Of a DNA stretch of 64,000 bases, positions 54,251 to 63,099 are shown piece by piece. This stretch comes from an uncultured Clostridia bacterium (GTDB taxonomy: Bacteria; Bacillota; Clostridia; Christensenellales; CAG-138). The stretch spans positions 5,867 to 69,866 of the forward strand of contig CAMVMM010000004.1 of assembly GCA_947168565.1 (NCBI GenBank), read 5' to 3'. The stretch's first letter is position 1. Every line of letters begins with the position of its first letter. Both the position numbers and the translations under genes were made by a program. The notes beneath the pieces were generated by a model, which ran no database searches, was not told where the DNA came from, and was given only the letters and a program-made list of their open reading frames with translations.

Positions 54251-54688
54251 TTATCCAAGCTTCCTTTCCTTTTGCTGAATGTAGTCGTTTGCCATATCGC
54301 GGATGGTGGTGCTTTCAAGCACGTCGTCTATCCTCTGCTGCAGCTTGAGCCACAGGGGACGCGCGGCGCAGGAGCACACGTTTTCGCAGTCCGTGCCGCA
54401 GGTGTCCACGCAGTCCACAAGCGCGGTGCTGCCCTCAAGCGCCTTCAGCACCTCGCCCACGGTGATAAGCTCCGGCGCGCGGGAGAGCCTGTAGCCGCCC
54501 TGAACGCCGCGGCTCGCACTCACAAGCCCCGCCCTTTTCAGAAGGGCGATAAGCTGCTCAAGGTAGGAATAGCTGATCTCCTGGCGCTCCGAAAGCTGCG
54601 CTATCGAGAGCTTGGCGCCCGCGTCGTACTCCGTTGCAAGATCCACCATCGCCTTCAGCCCGTAGCGCCCTTTTGTGCTGAGCTTCAT
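54251..54688 (-). CDS. Rrf2 family transcriptional regulator (IscR/CymR-like)
   Basis: AAGGAGG RBS. MKLSTKGRYGLKAMVDLA wHTH N-terminus and a C-terminal Cys cluster CVDTCGTDCENVCSC. Confidence 0.85.
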   Translation of the reverse strand: MKLSTKGRYGLKAMVDLATEYDAGAKLSIAQLSERQEISYSYLEQLIALLKRAGLVSASRGVQGGYRLSRAPELITVGEVLKALEGSTALVDCVDTCGTDCENVCSCAARPLWLKLQQRIDDVLESTTIRDMANDYIQQKERKLG

Positions 54689-54903
54689 ATTCCGCACCTC
54701 CTTTGATACATTTGCCCGAACGGGCTCTCTTTCCTTGCATAAATCATACCACATGAATATGAATTAGTCAATAATTCCGAGTAAGTTTGTCGGATATATT
54801 TTCGATAACCGTTTAATCTGGAAGGAGCAGGGCGCGGAAGGAGTGAAAGAACGATCAAAACACCCTTATGCGGAGAAATAAGATAAATAAATTCTCTTAA
54901 CAG

Positions 54904-54932
54904 TTGACACACGCATGCGAACATGGTATAAT
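54904..54932 (+). promoter_or_regulatory. Consensus sigma-A promoter, TTGACA-17-TGgTATAAT
   Basis: Perfect -35 (54904-54909) and -10 (54927-54932) with a 17-nt spacer and a TG extension. Confidence 0.7.
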
Positions 54933-54938
54933 GGAAAT

Positions 54939-55070
54939 AGATGGGGATGCGTTGGCGCCGCTCTTTCCGTCGGAGTGGGTCTTTTTCGGCTGAAAGCCGG
55001 GGAGCCTTTTAAGCATACGCGCCGCAGCAAAGAGCACCGAACGGGCTTTAAGCCCTGCGGCGCTTTTTAT
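54939..55070 (+). promoter_or_regulatory. Candidate attenuation leader / short terminated RNA preceding the capsid block
   Basis: About 130 nt between the predicted TSS and the U-run. GCGCCGC occurs twice (54955-54961 and 55019-55025), and both copies are complementary to GCGGCGC at 55057-55063. Confidence 0.45.
55019..55070 (+). terminator. Strong intrinsic terminator inside the leader
   Basis: GCGCCGCA ... TGCGGCGC outer stem with an inner GGGC/GCCC hairpin, followed by TTTTTATTAT. Confidence 0.7.
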
Positions 55071-55178
55071 TATGCCGGACGCGATACCGAAATTAATTCC
55101 GCTTTTTTACTGCGGGAGTCGGCGGAGGGAGCAGCGCCGGGCGGAGCCGTCTTAAATAAGGAAAGGAACAGGCTTAGG

Positions 55179-55760
55179 ATGATGAAGAAAAGAAGGAGCA
55201 TCGCTGCGCTGATCGACGGCATTCTGGAAAGAAAGAGCGCGGAAACGGTCGGAATGGGCGAATCGGGCGAAGCAGGCGGTTCCGTCGGATCCGTCGGTTC
55301 CGGCGAAAGCTTTTCGCACGGGCGGGAGCATCTTGCAAGGCTGGGCGAGGCTTTTCTCGCAAGGCTGAGCATCCCGCAGGGGATGAGCGAGGAGGAGGCC
55401 GCGGAGAAGATAATCGAAATGTGGCGCTCCGCCGATGAAGCAGGCCTGACCCCAGCAGAGGGCGGTGGGTCTGATGAAGGTGAGCCGCAGCTCGCTTATG
55501 CGGCCGATGCGGAGGCCGAGGGCCATGGCGGGGAGCTTGAGAACGCGGAGGACGAAGCGGAGCTCGATTCTCCTTACGGGAGAGCCGCTTCCGAGGCAGG
55601 CGGCAGCTCCGCCCGCTCCGCAAAACTGCCCGCGCCGATTCGCGGCGGACTTTTCGAGGCTCCCGCGGCGGATTACGACAGCATGAGCGCGGAGCAGTTC
55701 AGAAGGCTGAAAAAGCAGCTTGAGCGCGCAAGCAGGGACGGCAGGAAGGTGCGCCTGTAA
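55179..55760 (+). CDS. Acidic, disordered protein with a basic C-terminal helix (scaffolding protein candidate)
   Basis: Lies directly upstream of the capsid gene. E/D/G-rich body and C-terminal SAEQFRRLKKQLERASRDGRKVRL. Confidence 0.45.
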   Translation: MMKKRRSIAALIDGILERKSAETVGMGESGEAGGSVGSVGSGESFSHGREHLARLGEAFLARLSIPQGMSEEEAAEKIIEMWRSADEAGLTPAEGGGSDEGEPQLAYAADAEAEGHGGELENAEDEAELDSPYGRAASEAGGSSARSAKLPAPIRGGLFEAPAADYDSMSAEQFRRLKKQLERASRDGRKVRL

Positions 55761-55864
55761 AAGCGCGTGGGGCGCGGAGGGCGCGGCAGCACAGCGCGGC
55801 TTTTCCCGCGCGAAAAACGAAGCACACAATATATTGAGTATATTAAAGAAAGGAAATTCTATTC

Positions 55865-57082
55865 ATGAGCACAGTTTATTCAAAGGTCGGCATGAACACC
55901 ACCGCCAACACTGGGGTGAAATTCCCCTCCAAGTTTTACGACAGGCAGCTTCTTGAAAGCGCCAAAACGCGCCTCGTGTATCAGGAGTTCGGTCAGAAGC
56001 GCTCCATTCCGAGAAACAACGGCAAGTACGTGAACTTCCGCCGCTGGAATCTTTTCGATCCCGCCAGGGCGGTGCGCGGCCTTGTTGAAGGCGTTACCCC
56101 CAACGGCCAGAGCCTTTCGCAGACCGAGGTGGAGGCCGAGGTGAAGCAGTACGGCGCCTACGTTGAGGTGACCGACCTTCTTGATCTTACCGCCTACGAC
56201 GCGGTGATAAACGATTCCGCGGAGCTTCTTGGCGAGCAGCTCGGCACCGTGGTGGAATGGGTCACGCGCGATGCAATAAGCTCCGGAAGCAACGTGCAGT
56301 ATGCGGGCGGCAAGGCCTCCAGAAGGCAGCTTTCCTCGAACGACAAGCTGACCACCGAGGAGATACGAAAGGCGGTGCGCACGCTTAAAAAGAACAAGGC
56401 GCGTCCCTTCAGCGAAAACGGCAGGCAGCCGCATTTCGTGTGCATCTGCTCGCCGGAGGCCACCTTCGATCTGCAGAACGATGAGATGTGGAAAAACGTG
56501 TCCACCTATTCCAATTCCGAGGCCATTTACAGCGGCGAGATCGGCAGGCTGTTCGGCGTGGTGTTCGTTGAAAGCACCGAGGCGAAGGTTTTCTCCCAGA
56601 CCGTGCGCAACTACGTTGACGACGATACCGAAAACAGCAAAGCCTTCGTGCTGAGGGACGAGCCCACGGAGGAGGAGCTTGCGTATCTCTCCGTTCCGGG
56701 AAACAGGCTCTGCATCGGTGAAAACGAGTACACGCTTGCTTCCGAAAACCCCTACGATCCCGAGACCCGCACCGTGTACCTTTCGGACACCGCTTCGCTC
56801 AGCGCGGACGAAGCCGTTTGGAGCGACGATGCGGGCGAGCGCGAGCCGGGCAGCAACCGCGCAAAGGACGTTCACGGCACGCTCGTTTTCGGCAGGGACG
56901 CATACGGCGTTGTGGACGTTGAGGGCAAGGGCGCTGTGCAGCTCATCGTGAAGCCCCACGGCTCCAGCGGCACCGCCGACCCCCTCGATCAGCGCGCGAC
57001 CGTGGGCGCGAAGGTGACCGCGTATACCGCCGCGATCCTGAACGATCTGTGGATAGTGCGCATCGAGCACACCGTGAGCTGA
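55865..57082 (+). CDS. Major capsid protein, N4-gp56 family (HK97 fold)
   Basis: FPSKFYDRQLLESAKTRLVYQEFGQKRSIPRNNGKYVNFRRW and VKQYGAYVEVTDLLDLTAYD closely match my memory of this family. Confidence 0.85.
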   Translation: MSTVYSKVGMNTTANTGVKFPSKFYDRQLLESAKTRLVYQEFGQKRSIPRNNGKYVNFRRWNLFDPARAVRGLVEGVTPNGQSLSQTEVEAEVKQYGAYVEVTDLLDLTAYDAVINDSAELLGEQLGTVVEWVTRDAISSGSNVQYAGGKASRRQLSSNDKLTTEEIRKAVRTLKKNKARPFSENGRQPHFVCICSPEATFDLQNDEMWKNVSTYSNSEAIYSGEIGRLFGVVFVESTEAKVFSQTVRNYVDDDTENSKAFVLRDEPTEEELAYLSVPGNRLCIGENEYTLASENPYDPETRTVYLSDTASLSADEAVWSDDAGEREPGSNRAKDVHGTLVFGRDAYGVVDVEGKGAVQLIVKPHGSSGTADPLDQRATVGAKVTAYTAAILNDLWIVRIEHTVS

Positions 57083-57171
57083 CGGGCGGAAAGCCCGCCG
57101 ATAAGCGCGGATAAAGCAAGGGGGCGGGGGAAAGCCGCCCCCGAACGGAAAAAACAGAAACGGGGGATAAA

Positions 57172-58500
57172 ATGGCAAAAAACTTTTTCACAAGCGGCAG
57201 GATAAGCCCCGGCATGAAAAGAAGGGTAAACGATGACGTGAAGCCCATTCGCCCGCAGTATTCCGAAATGGGCGGCCCGGGCGGCTATACCGCTTCGGGA
57301 GGAGCGCCGACCGGCTCCGGCGGCAATTCCGCAGCAAACGCGGGCGGCGGAGGCTACGCGGGCGGCTTTTTCGGAGCGCAGGGCGGCTCGGGAGGCTACG
57401 CGCAGGCGGGCCATGCGAACTATCACAGCGGCGAGGGCACAAGCGGCGAAGGCAGCGCGGATAATCACGGCGGCAATACGGGCGGCGGCAATACGGGCGG
57501 CGGCAATATGGGCGGCTACGATGCGGGCAGCTTTGAGGATTATTACAGCCGCCTTATCGCGGCGCTGCACAGTTACGGCATAGATATGGCGTTGCCCACG
57601 CTGGACGAGCTGTATTCGCAGCTTTCAGCATTCCTGCGCCCTTCGGTGGATGCGGCGATCGCGGGCAGGCAGAGATACGGCGAAACCGTGATGGCGGAGC
57701 TGGACGCGGACGCATATTCGCGCGGGATGGGCTCATCGAGCTATCTTTCAAGCATGAAGAACCGCGAGTATGACGATATTGCAAACGATATTGCCGCGAT
57801 GGAAACCAATTACAATTCCACCCTTGCGGAATATCTTTACAATGCGTCAAACGAGCTTGCGAGCATTCAGACTCGCTTTGCGGAGATGCGCCGTCAGCAT
57901 GAGCTTGAGATGGAGCGCCAGCTTCAGCAGCAGGCGTATGAAAACGAGCGCTTGAGGCGGCAGCAGGAGTTTGAGGCGGAGCAGGAGCGGCTCAGGCGTG
58001 CCTACGAGATGGAGAGGCTGCGTCAGCAGCAGGAGTTTGAGCGGGCGATGCGCCTTCAGGCGGCAAGCGCCGCTTCCGGCGGCTCGGGCGGCGGTCACGG
58101 CTCCGGCTCGGGCGGCTCGGGCGGCTCCGGCAGCTCCGGCAGCTCCGGCGGCTCCGGCGGCTCCGGCGGCGGAAGCGGAAAGCCCAAGCCGAATAAGCCC
58201 GGCGCAGCGGGCTCGGGCGGCTCCGGCGGCTATACGGATGCCGGCACGGGCGACAGCGCGCATTATTACAATTATTCCGTGTATCTGAATTCGCTCTCCT
58301 CCGCCGATCGCGCAAGCGTGTTCGGCAGCAATTCCTCCTATTGGAGCGCAATACGCGAGGAGCTTATGCGAAATCTTTCGCCCGATCAGTATGAGCGGCT
58401 GCGCAGGCAGTACGATCCGCACTATTCGCAGGGCGGAGGCGGCGGCACAAGCTCCGGCCAGGCTCCGGGAAGACCGTGGAACGTGAACACCACGAACTGA
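57172..58500 (+). CDS. Gly-rich / Q-E-R coiled-coil protein, unknown function
   Basis: GGGGGA RBS. Two long Gly/Ser tracts flank a helical ERLRRQQEFE-repeat segment. Confidence 0.5.
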   Translation: MAKNFFTSGRISPGMKRRVNDDVKPIRPQYSEMGGPGGYTASGGAPTGSGGNSAANAGGGGYAGGFFGAQGGSGGYAQAGHANYHSGEGTSGEGSADNHGGNTGGGNTGGGNMGGYDAGSFEDYYSRLIAALHSYGIDMALPTLDELYSQLSAFLRPSVDAAIAGRQRYGETVMAELDADAYSRGMGSSSYLSSMKNREYDDIANDIAAMETNYNSTLAEYLYNASNELASIQTRFAEMRRQHELEMERQLQQQAYENERLRRQQEFEAEQERLRRAYEMERLRQQQEFERAMRLQAASAASGGSGGGHGSGSGGSGGSGSSGSSGGSGGSGGGSGKPKPNKPGAAGSGGSGGYTDAGTGDSAHYYNYSVYLNSLSSADRASVFGSNSSYWSAIREELMRNLSPDQYERLRRQYDPHYSQGGGGGTSSGQAPGRPWNVNTTN

Positions 58501-58712
58501 AGAAAGCGGATGCGGAGGGCGTAACGCGAGGCGAAAAGGGGCGGCACGGGGCCTGCCGCCCCTAAAACGGAAGGAATGCGCATGGATGAAGGAGCCGGAT
58601 CAAGGCAGGCCTGAGCCGATGGCATAAGCACGTCAATTATACGAAATATATGAGCAGATAAAAGAAATAATCGAATGAAACGAGTGATCGGGAACACAAA
58701 GGAGAAAACGGA

Positions 58713-59468
58713 ATGAAGAGTGCATTGGATTTTATTCGCTTCGCGCTTTCCCACGCCAAATTTGAAAGCATTCCGGTGGGCACAAAGCTGCCGCTGGATA
58801 TAGAGGAGTGCGCCCTGGAGGAATGGGAATACCTTCCCGGAATGAAGGGCGAGCTGGTCACGAAGGAAACGCTTGAAGCGAAGTATGAGAATTTTTATAA
58901 GCTTTGCGGCTGGACGAGGGAGAAATTCGATCATCTGACGGGCAGCTTCGCCCAAAGAAGGGTGCATGCTTGCGACAGCCAGGGGCTGCTGGCTGCATAC
59001 ACCGGCATGGAGGCAACGCCGAATTACTGTTACAGCGCGTGGTGCTCCGATAAGGGCAGGATAGGCGAGGTCAAGCGGCCCTATGCGATAGGCGAAGCGG
59101 TGTTTGTGATGGATAAGGAGGAGCGCATGATGCACACGGGCTTCATCTGCGGGCAGATCGGCGGGGAGCCGCTGGTGGTGGAGGCGCGCGGCGTTGTTTA
59201 CGGCGTGTGCGTCACAAGGCTTTCCGACCGACCGTGGACGCACAGGGGGCTGTGTACCAGAAGGCTCATCTACGATGAAGGCTGCTACGATGAGCAGATC
59301 GTGCTGAGCCTTCAAAAGCCCATGATGCAGGGCGAGGCGGTGAAGCTGCTTCAGCGCGCGCTGAATGCCCTCGGCTATTTCGCGGGGGAGGCGGACGGGA
59401 AATGCGGCGAATTTACCCTTGGCGCAATAAAGGAGTTTTCAAGGGCGCATTTGACGCGGCTGCTGTAA
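58713..59468 (+). CDS. Cell-wall hydrolase candidate: NlpC/P60-like domain plus PG_binding_1 domain
   Basis: AAAGGAG RBS. ACDSQGLL / MHTGFI pattern reminiscent of C40 peptidases. C-terminal GEAVKLLQRALNALGYFAGEADGKCGEFTLGAIKEF peptidoglycan-binding repeat. Confidence 0.6.
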   Translation: MKSALDFIRFALSHAKFESIPVGTKLPLDIEECALEEWEYLPGMKGELVTKETLEAKYENFYKLCGWTREKFDHLTGSFAQRRVHACDSQGLLAAYTGMEATPNYCYSAWCSDKGRIGEVKRPYAIGEAVFVMDKEERMMHTGFICGQIGGEPLVVEARGVVYGVCVTRLSDRPWTHRGLCTRRLIYDEGCYDEQIVLSLQKPMMQGEAVKLLQRALNALGYFAGEADGKCGEFTLGAIKEFSRAHLTRLL

Positions 59469-59587
59469 AACAGTAAAAAGAAGTCGAAACGGTTGATGAT
59501 TCGGTTGGCATGCTCATATAGCGCGGCGATCGGGGCAAGGAAATGCGCCTTCAAGCGAAAAAACCAAGAATAAAAGGCAAAAAAGCG

Positions 59588-60640
59588 CTATTTTGCCGAG
59601 CGGGGCTTTCTTTTGAGCGCAAGTATGCTTATAAGCGCACCAAGCAGCACCAGCGCGATACCGCAGCCCTTCAGCACGCCTATCGCTTCGCCAAACACCA
59701 GCATGCTTGTGAGCGAGGCGAAAACGGGCTCAAGCGTGTTGAGCGCGGCGGCGGGAGCGGAGCCGAGTATGCGAATGCCGCGGAGCAGCAGCCGCAGACC
59801 GAAAATATACCCAAGTGCCGCCTCAAGTATGAGCAGCACCCAGATGAAAAAATCGGAGGGTATGGTGAGGCGCTTTGAAACGGCGGCAACCATGAAGCTT
59901 AAAAGCGATGCAGCGCCGGTGATATACACGTTTGAAACGGAGGTATCGAGCGCGGCGTAGCTTGAGTTTCTGCCCGCAAGGAAATACACCGCGTAGGCAA
60001 CGCCGGAGGCGAGCGCAAGCAAAATGCCGGCTATATCCACGCTGCCGGAAAACGAGGCGCTTGAAATCAGCGCGATGCCGGCTATTGCGAAAACCAGCGA
60101 GGTAAACAGCGCATAGCTCGCCTTCTCCTTAAAAAACAGGATGCCCGCAAGCAGCACGAACACCGGATAGGTGAAGTTTATAACTATCGTCATTCCGGCG
60201 GGGATATGCAGGTATGCGTAGGTGATGAGAAGCAGCGTGGAGGCAAGCGCTCCGCCGCCGAGCGTGGAAAGCTGAACGAGCTGCCTGCCGCTCACCCCAA
60301 GGCGCTTGCGGGAGATAAGGCAGCTTAAAAGCGAGAGCACGCAGGCAATGCCCATGCATAGGGCAACGAGCGTTTCGTTGCCAACGGCGCGGGCGGGGGA
60401 GGCGATCAGCGAATCCGCGAAGGGAAGCGAGCCGAGCGAGCGCTGCACGAATGCCCGGGGAAGCCCGCCGCGGAGCGCGGCGTTTGACAGGATCGGCGTA
60501 ACGCCGTAGCAGGCGGAGGCAAGAATCACGCACACTACGCCAAAAAACACGCTGCCGCCCTTTTTTGCACAGCTGCCGCCATTGGCGCGCTTATTTGCGG
60601 AGGAATTGTTTTTTGCACTCATTTGCATAGAGCCTTTCAT
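59588..60640 (-). CDS. EamA/DMT family transporter
   Basis: About 10 TM helices in two EamA halves. C-terminal LEPVFASLTSMLVFGEAI pattern. The start is ambiguous among ATGs at 60640, 60628 and 60622. Confidence 0.8.
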   Translation of the reverse strand: MKGSMQMSAKNNSSANKRANGGSCAKKGGSVFFGVVCVILASACYGVTPILSNAALRGGLPRAFVQRSLGSLPFADSLIASPARAVGNETLVALCMGIACVLSLLSCLISRKRLGVSGRQLVQLSTLGGGALASTLLLITYAYLHIPAGMTIVINFTYPVFVLLAGILFFKEKASYALFTSLVFAIAGIALISSASFSGSVDIAGILLALASGVAYAVYFLAGRNSSYAALDTSVSNVYITGAASLLSFMVAAVSKRLTIPSDFFIWVLLILEAALGYIFGLRLLLRGIRILGSAPAAALNTLEPVFASLTSMLVFGEAIGVLKGCGIALVLLGALISILALKRKPRSAK

Positions 60641-60760
60641 TTAAATTACAGCGTCTATATTACAACATTTGAAGCGATTTGTCGAGAACGGATTTCTTTT
60701 TGACCGCATTTGCTTCGAGCAGAGCGGGGAAAAGGAGCCTTGGGCGAAAGGAGAGAAAAA

Positions 60761-60970
60761 ATGAAGCTTGAAAGCATAATCATTGAAAAAACGGGCAGCG
60801 GAGAGCCGTTTGAGTGCTGCGTTAATTCGGTAAACTACCGCATAGAGCGCGGCGTTCCCGTTTCCGTGCCTGCGGAGGTGGCGGAGGTTTACAGGCGCAG
60901 CCTTACGGAAAGGCTCAAGAGCGAAAAGCAGCTTGAACGCTTCCGCAAAGCGGACGGAATGAAGCTTTAA
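60761..60970 (+). CDS. Small hypothetical protein (69 aa)
   Basis: AAAGGAGAG RBS, positioned ahead of the adaptor-like gene. Confidence 0.45.
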   Translation: MKLESIIIEKTGSGEPFECCVNSVNYRIERGVPVSVPAEVAEVYRRSLTERLKSEKQLERFRKADGMKL

Positions 60971-61059
60971 TGAAGGTAAGCAAGGTCAATGCGGTCAGGA
61001 AGGCTAAAAGGAAAAGGCTCATAAGAAAAAAAGGATAGGCTGTTTATGGAGGTAAAAGA

Positions 61060-61599
61060 ATGACTTTGAATGATATTATCGTTTCTTCGCTTGCCCAGCT
61101 CGACCGTTCGCACGATATGCAGACGGTGGAGGTATACAGAAGCCGCTTTGCGCAGTTTGCAAACGATGCGCAAAACGATCTTGCCCTCGCCCTTGCGCTC
61201 AAGCGGACCGAAACGCTTGTGCCGGAGGAGGGCGTGCTCGATCTTACGCAGCTTGAAAGAAAGTGCTATCGCGTTGAAAGCGTTTGCCAGCTCGGAAGAA
61301 GGGTGCCCTTCAGCTCGGGCGACACGCCGATGCGTCTTTACGTGCCGTACAACGAGGAAGCGGAGGTGACCTACCGCTTCGCGCCGCAGAAGCTTGAAAC
61401 CGCGTCCGACGTGAGCGAGCTTCCCGCCGCGCTGCATCCGCTGATAGTGAGCTACGTTGTGGGAAGGGAGCGCATGGGGGGCGACGTTTCCACCCAGGGC
61501 GGCGGAAACATCTACCTTTCCATGTATAACGCGGCGAAGGCGAAGCTGCGCGGAGGCTTCGGCGGGGAGGAAAGGTTCACCATCACAAACAGGTATTGA
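61060..61599 (+). CDS. Head-to-tail adaptor/connector candidate
   Basis: GGAGGT RBS. Size (179 aa) and its position before a hub-like gene parallel P22 gp4. The N-terminus MTLNDIIVSSLAQL resembles gp6-like connector starts. Confidence 0.4.
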   Translation: MTLNDIIVSSLAQLDRSHDMQTVEVYRSRFAQFANDAQNDLALALALKRTETLVPEEGVLDLTQLERKCYRVESVCQLGRRVPFSSGDTPMRLYVPYNEEAEVTYRFAPQKLETASDVSELPAALHPLIVSYVVGRERMGGDVSTQGGGNIYLSMYNAAKAKLRGGFGGEERFTITNRY

Positions 61600-61602
61600 A
61601 GC

Positions 61603-63018
61603 ATGAGCATAAAAACGTTTGAGATCCCGTATTTTACCGGAATAAACCAATCCGGCTTTGAAAACACGCTGCCGTCAAGATTTGCGATAGACGCGGTGAA
61701 TATGGATACCGAGGGCGGAAAGCTGCGCGTTGCGGACGGCTTTTATAAATACTCCGCGCTGCCCGTGCCGGACATGGGGCGCATAGAGCTGCTCTGCTGC
61801 CTTAAAACGCCGGAGGGGGACGTGCCGGTAGTTATGAGCGGGGGAAAGCTTTTCGCGCTCAGCGGCGGGAGCTGGACTCATTTTTACACGGCGCAAAGGA
61901 CTTCGTCGAACGTGACCTGCGATTCCGCAATGGTGCGCATAGGCTCAACGGATTATCTTGTGATAGCCGACGGGGAGAATCAGCTCATAAAGTTCGACGG
62001 CGAAAGCGTTTCGCCCTTCGGCTCGGAGGAAAACTGCTCCGATATACCGGTTTCGTATCTCACGATGTATCGCGGCAGGCTCTTTGCGGCGGGCGATCCC
62101 GAAAATCCGGACAGGCTGTATTACTCGGTGCTGCCGGGAAGCGGGCGCACGGTGGAAAACTGGGGCTACGTGGAGGCCTCGCCCGCAGTTGAGGGCGGCC
62201 ATACGGACGTGGGCTCAATCGGCGGCGATCCCATAGTGGCGATAAAGGCGCTTTCCAATCAGCTTTTGATCTTCAAAAGGCACAGCCTGTACCGGCTTAT
62301 CGGCGATCGGCCCTCAAACTACACCATAGAGCATATCGACGCGGATATGCTTGAAACCAAGCATACGGCGATCTCCGTTTACGGGGATATGCTCTATTTC
62401 GTAACGCAGGAGGGGCTGCATTATTACAACGGCGTTACCGTTCGCCCCTGCCCCGATATGCGCTGCATCAAAAGTATCATGGCAAGGGCCGAGCTTGCCA
62501 AATGCCGCTCGGTGATCGCGGGGGGCAGGCTCTATTTCAATTACACGAGCGGAATGGGCGATGAAATGATGGTTTACGACCTTGAGGAGCGCAAGTATAT
62601 GCGCCGAAACGGATTTGAGGTCAGCTTTCTTGCGGTGATGAACGGTAAGCTCATCATGATAAACAGAAATCGCATCCTGTATGAGTTCGGCGCTTCCTCA
62701 AGCTATGACGGCGCGCCCATCGAAGCGTATTGGAAAACGCCCATCTCCGATCTTGGCGACAAGGCGGCTATAAAAAGCCCCCGAATGCTCTATCTGCGCG
62801 GGAGCGGCAGCGCCATAAGGATAGAAGTGGAGCTGGACGGCAGCAAAAGCGGCTATATCGCCCTGCTTCGTCGAAACGGCGAGCTTTCCGTAACGGAAAT
62901 TCCCGTTTTCAACGAGGGAAGGTGCCTTTCGCTCACCTTTTCCAACGTGAACGGCGGGTATTTCGAGCTGGAGGGCGGAGTGGAGCTTGAGATGAGGCTG
63001 CGCCGCAGAACGGAGTGA
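61603..63018 (+). CDS. Tail hub / DNA-stabilisation protein candidate (P22 gp10-like)
   Basis: Translationally coupled to the upstream gene. 471 aa versus 472 aa for P22 gp10. Beta-rich, with local pattern resemblance. Unverified. Confidence 0.4.
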   Translation: MSIKTFEIPYFTGINQSGFENTLPSRFAIDAVNMDTEGGKLRVADGFYKYSALPVPDMGRIELLCCLKTPEGDVPVVMSGGKLFALSGGSWTHFYTAQRTSSNVTCDSAMVRIGSTDYLVIADGENQLIKFDGESVSPFGSEENCSDIPVSYLTMYRGRLFAAGDPENPDRLYYSVLPGSGRTVENWGYVEASPAVEGGHTDVGSIGGDPIVAIKALSNQLLIFKRHSLYRLIGDRPSNYTIEHIDADMLETKHTAISVYGDMLYFVTQEGLHYYNGVTVRPCPDMRCIKSIMARAELAKCRSVIAGGRLYFNYTSGMGDEMMVYDLEERKYMRRNGFEVSFLAVMNGKLIMINRNRILYEFGASSSYDGAPIEAYWKTPISDLGDKAAIKSPRMLYLRGSGSAIRIEVELDGSKSGYIALLRRNGELSVTEIPVFNEGRCLSLTFSNVNGGYFELEGGVELEMRLRRRTE

Positions 63019-63099
63019 GGCAAGCGGAGACTCGGAAAGAGCCATGCTCGGCAAGAGCGGAGCGCGATTTGTAATGATGGATGAAAGGAGAGCCGAAAT

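Noticed and set aside
52574-57082. Encapsulin hypothesis: an HK97-fold shell gene near a cysteine desulfurase, as in family 2 encapsulins.
   Set aside because: The desulfurase is part of a standard divergent Rrf2-nifS-nifU operon and has no N-terminal disordered targeting extension. The shell gene looks like an N4-gp56 phage capsid and is accompanied by portal, TerL, and adaptor-like and hub-like genes, which encapsulin systems lack.
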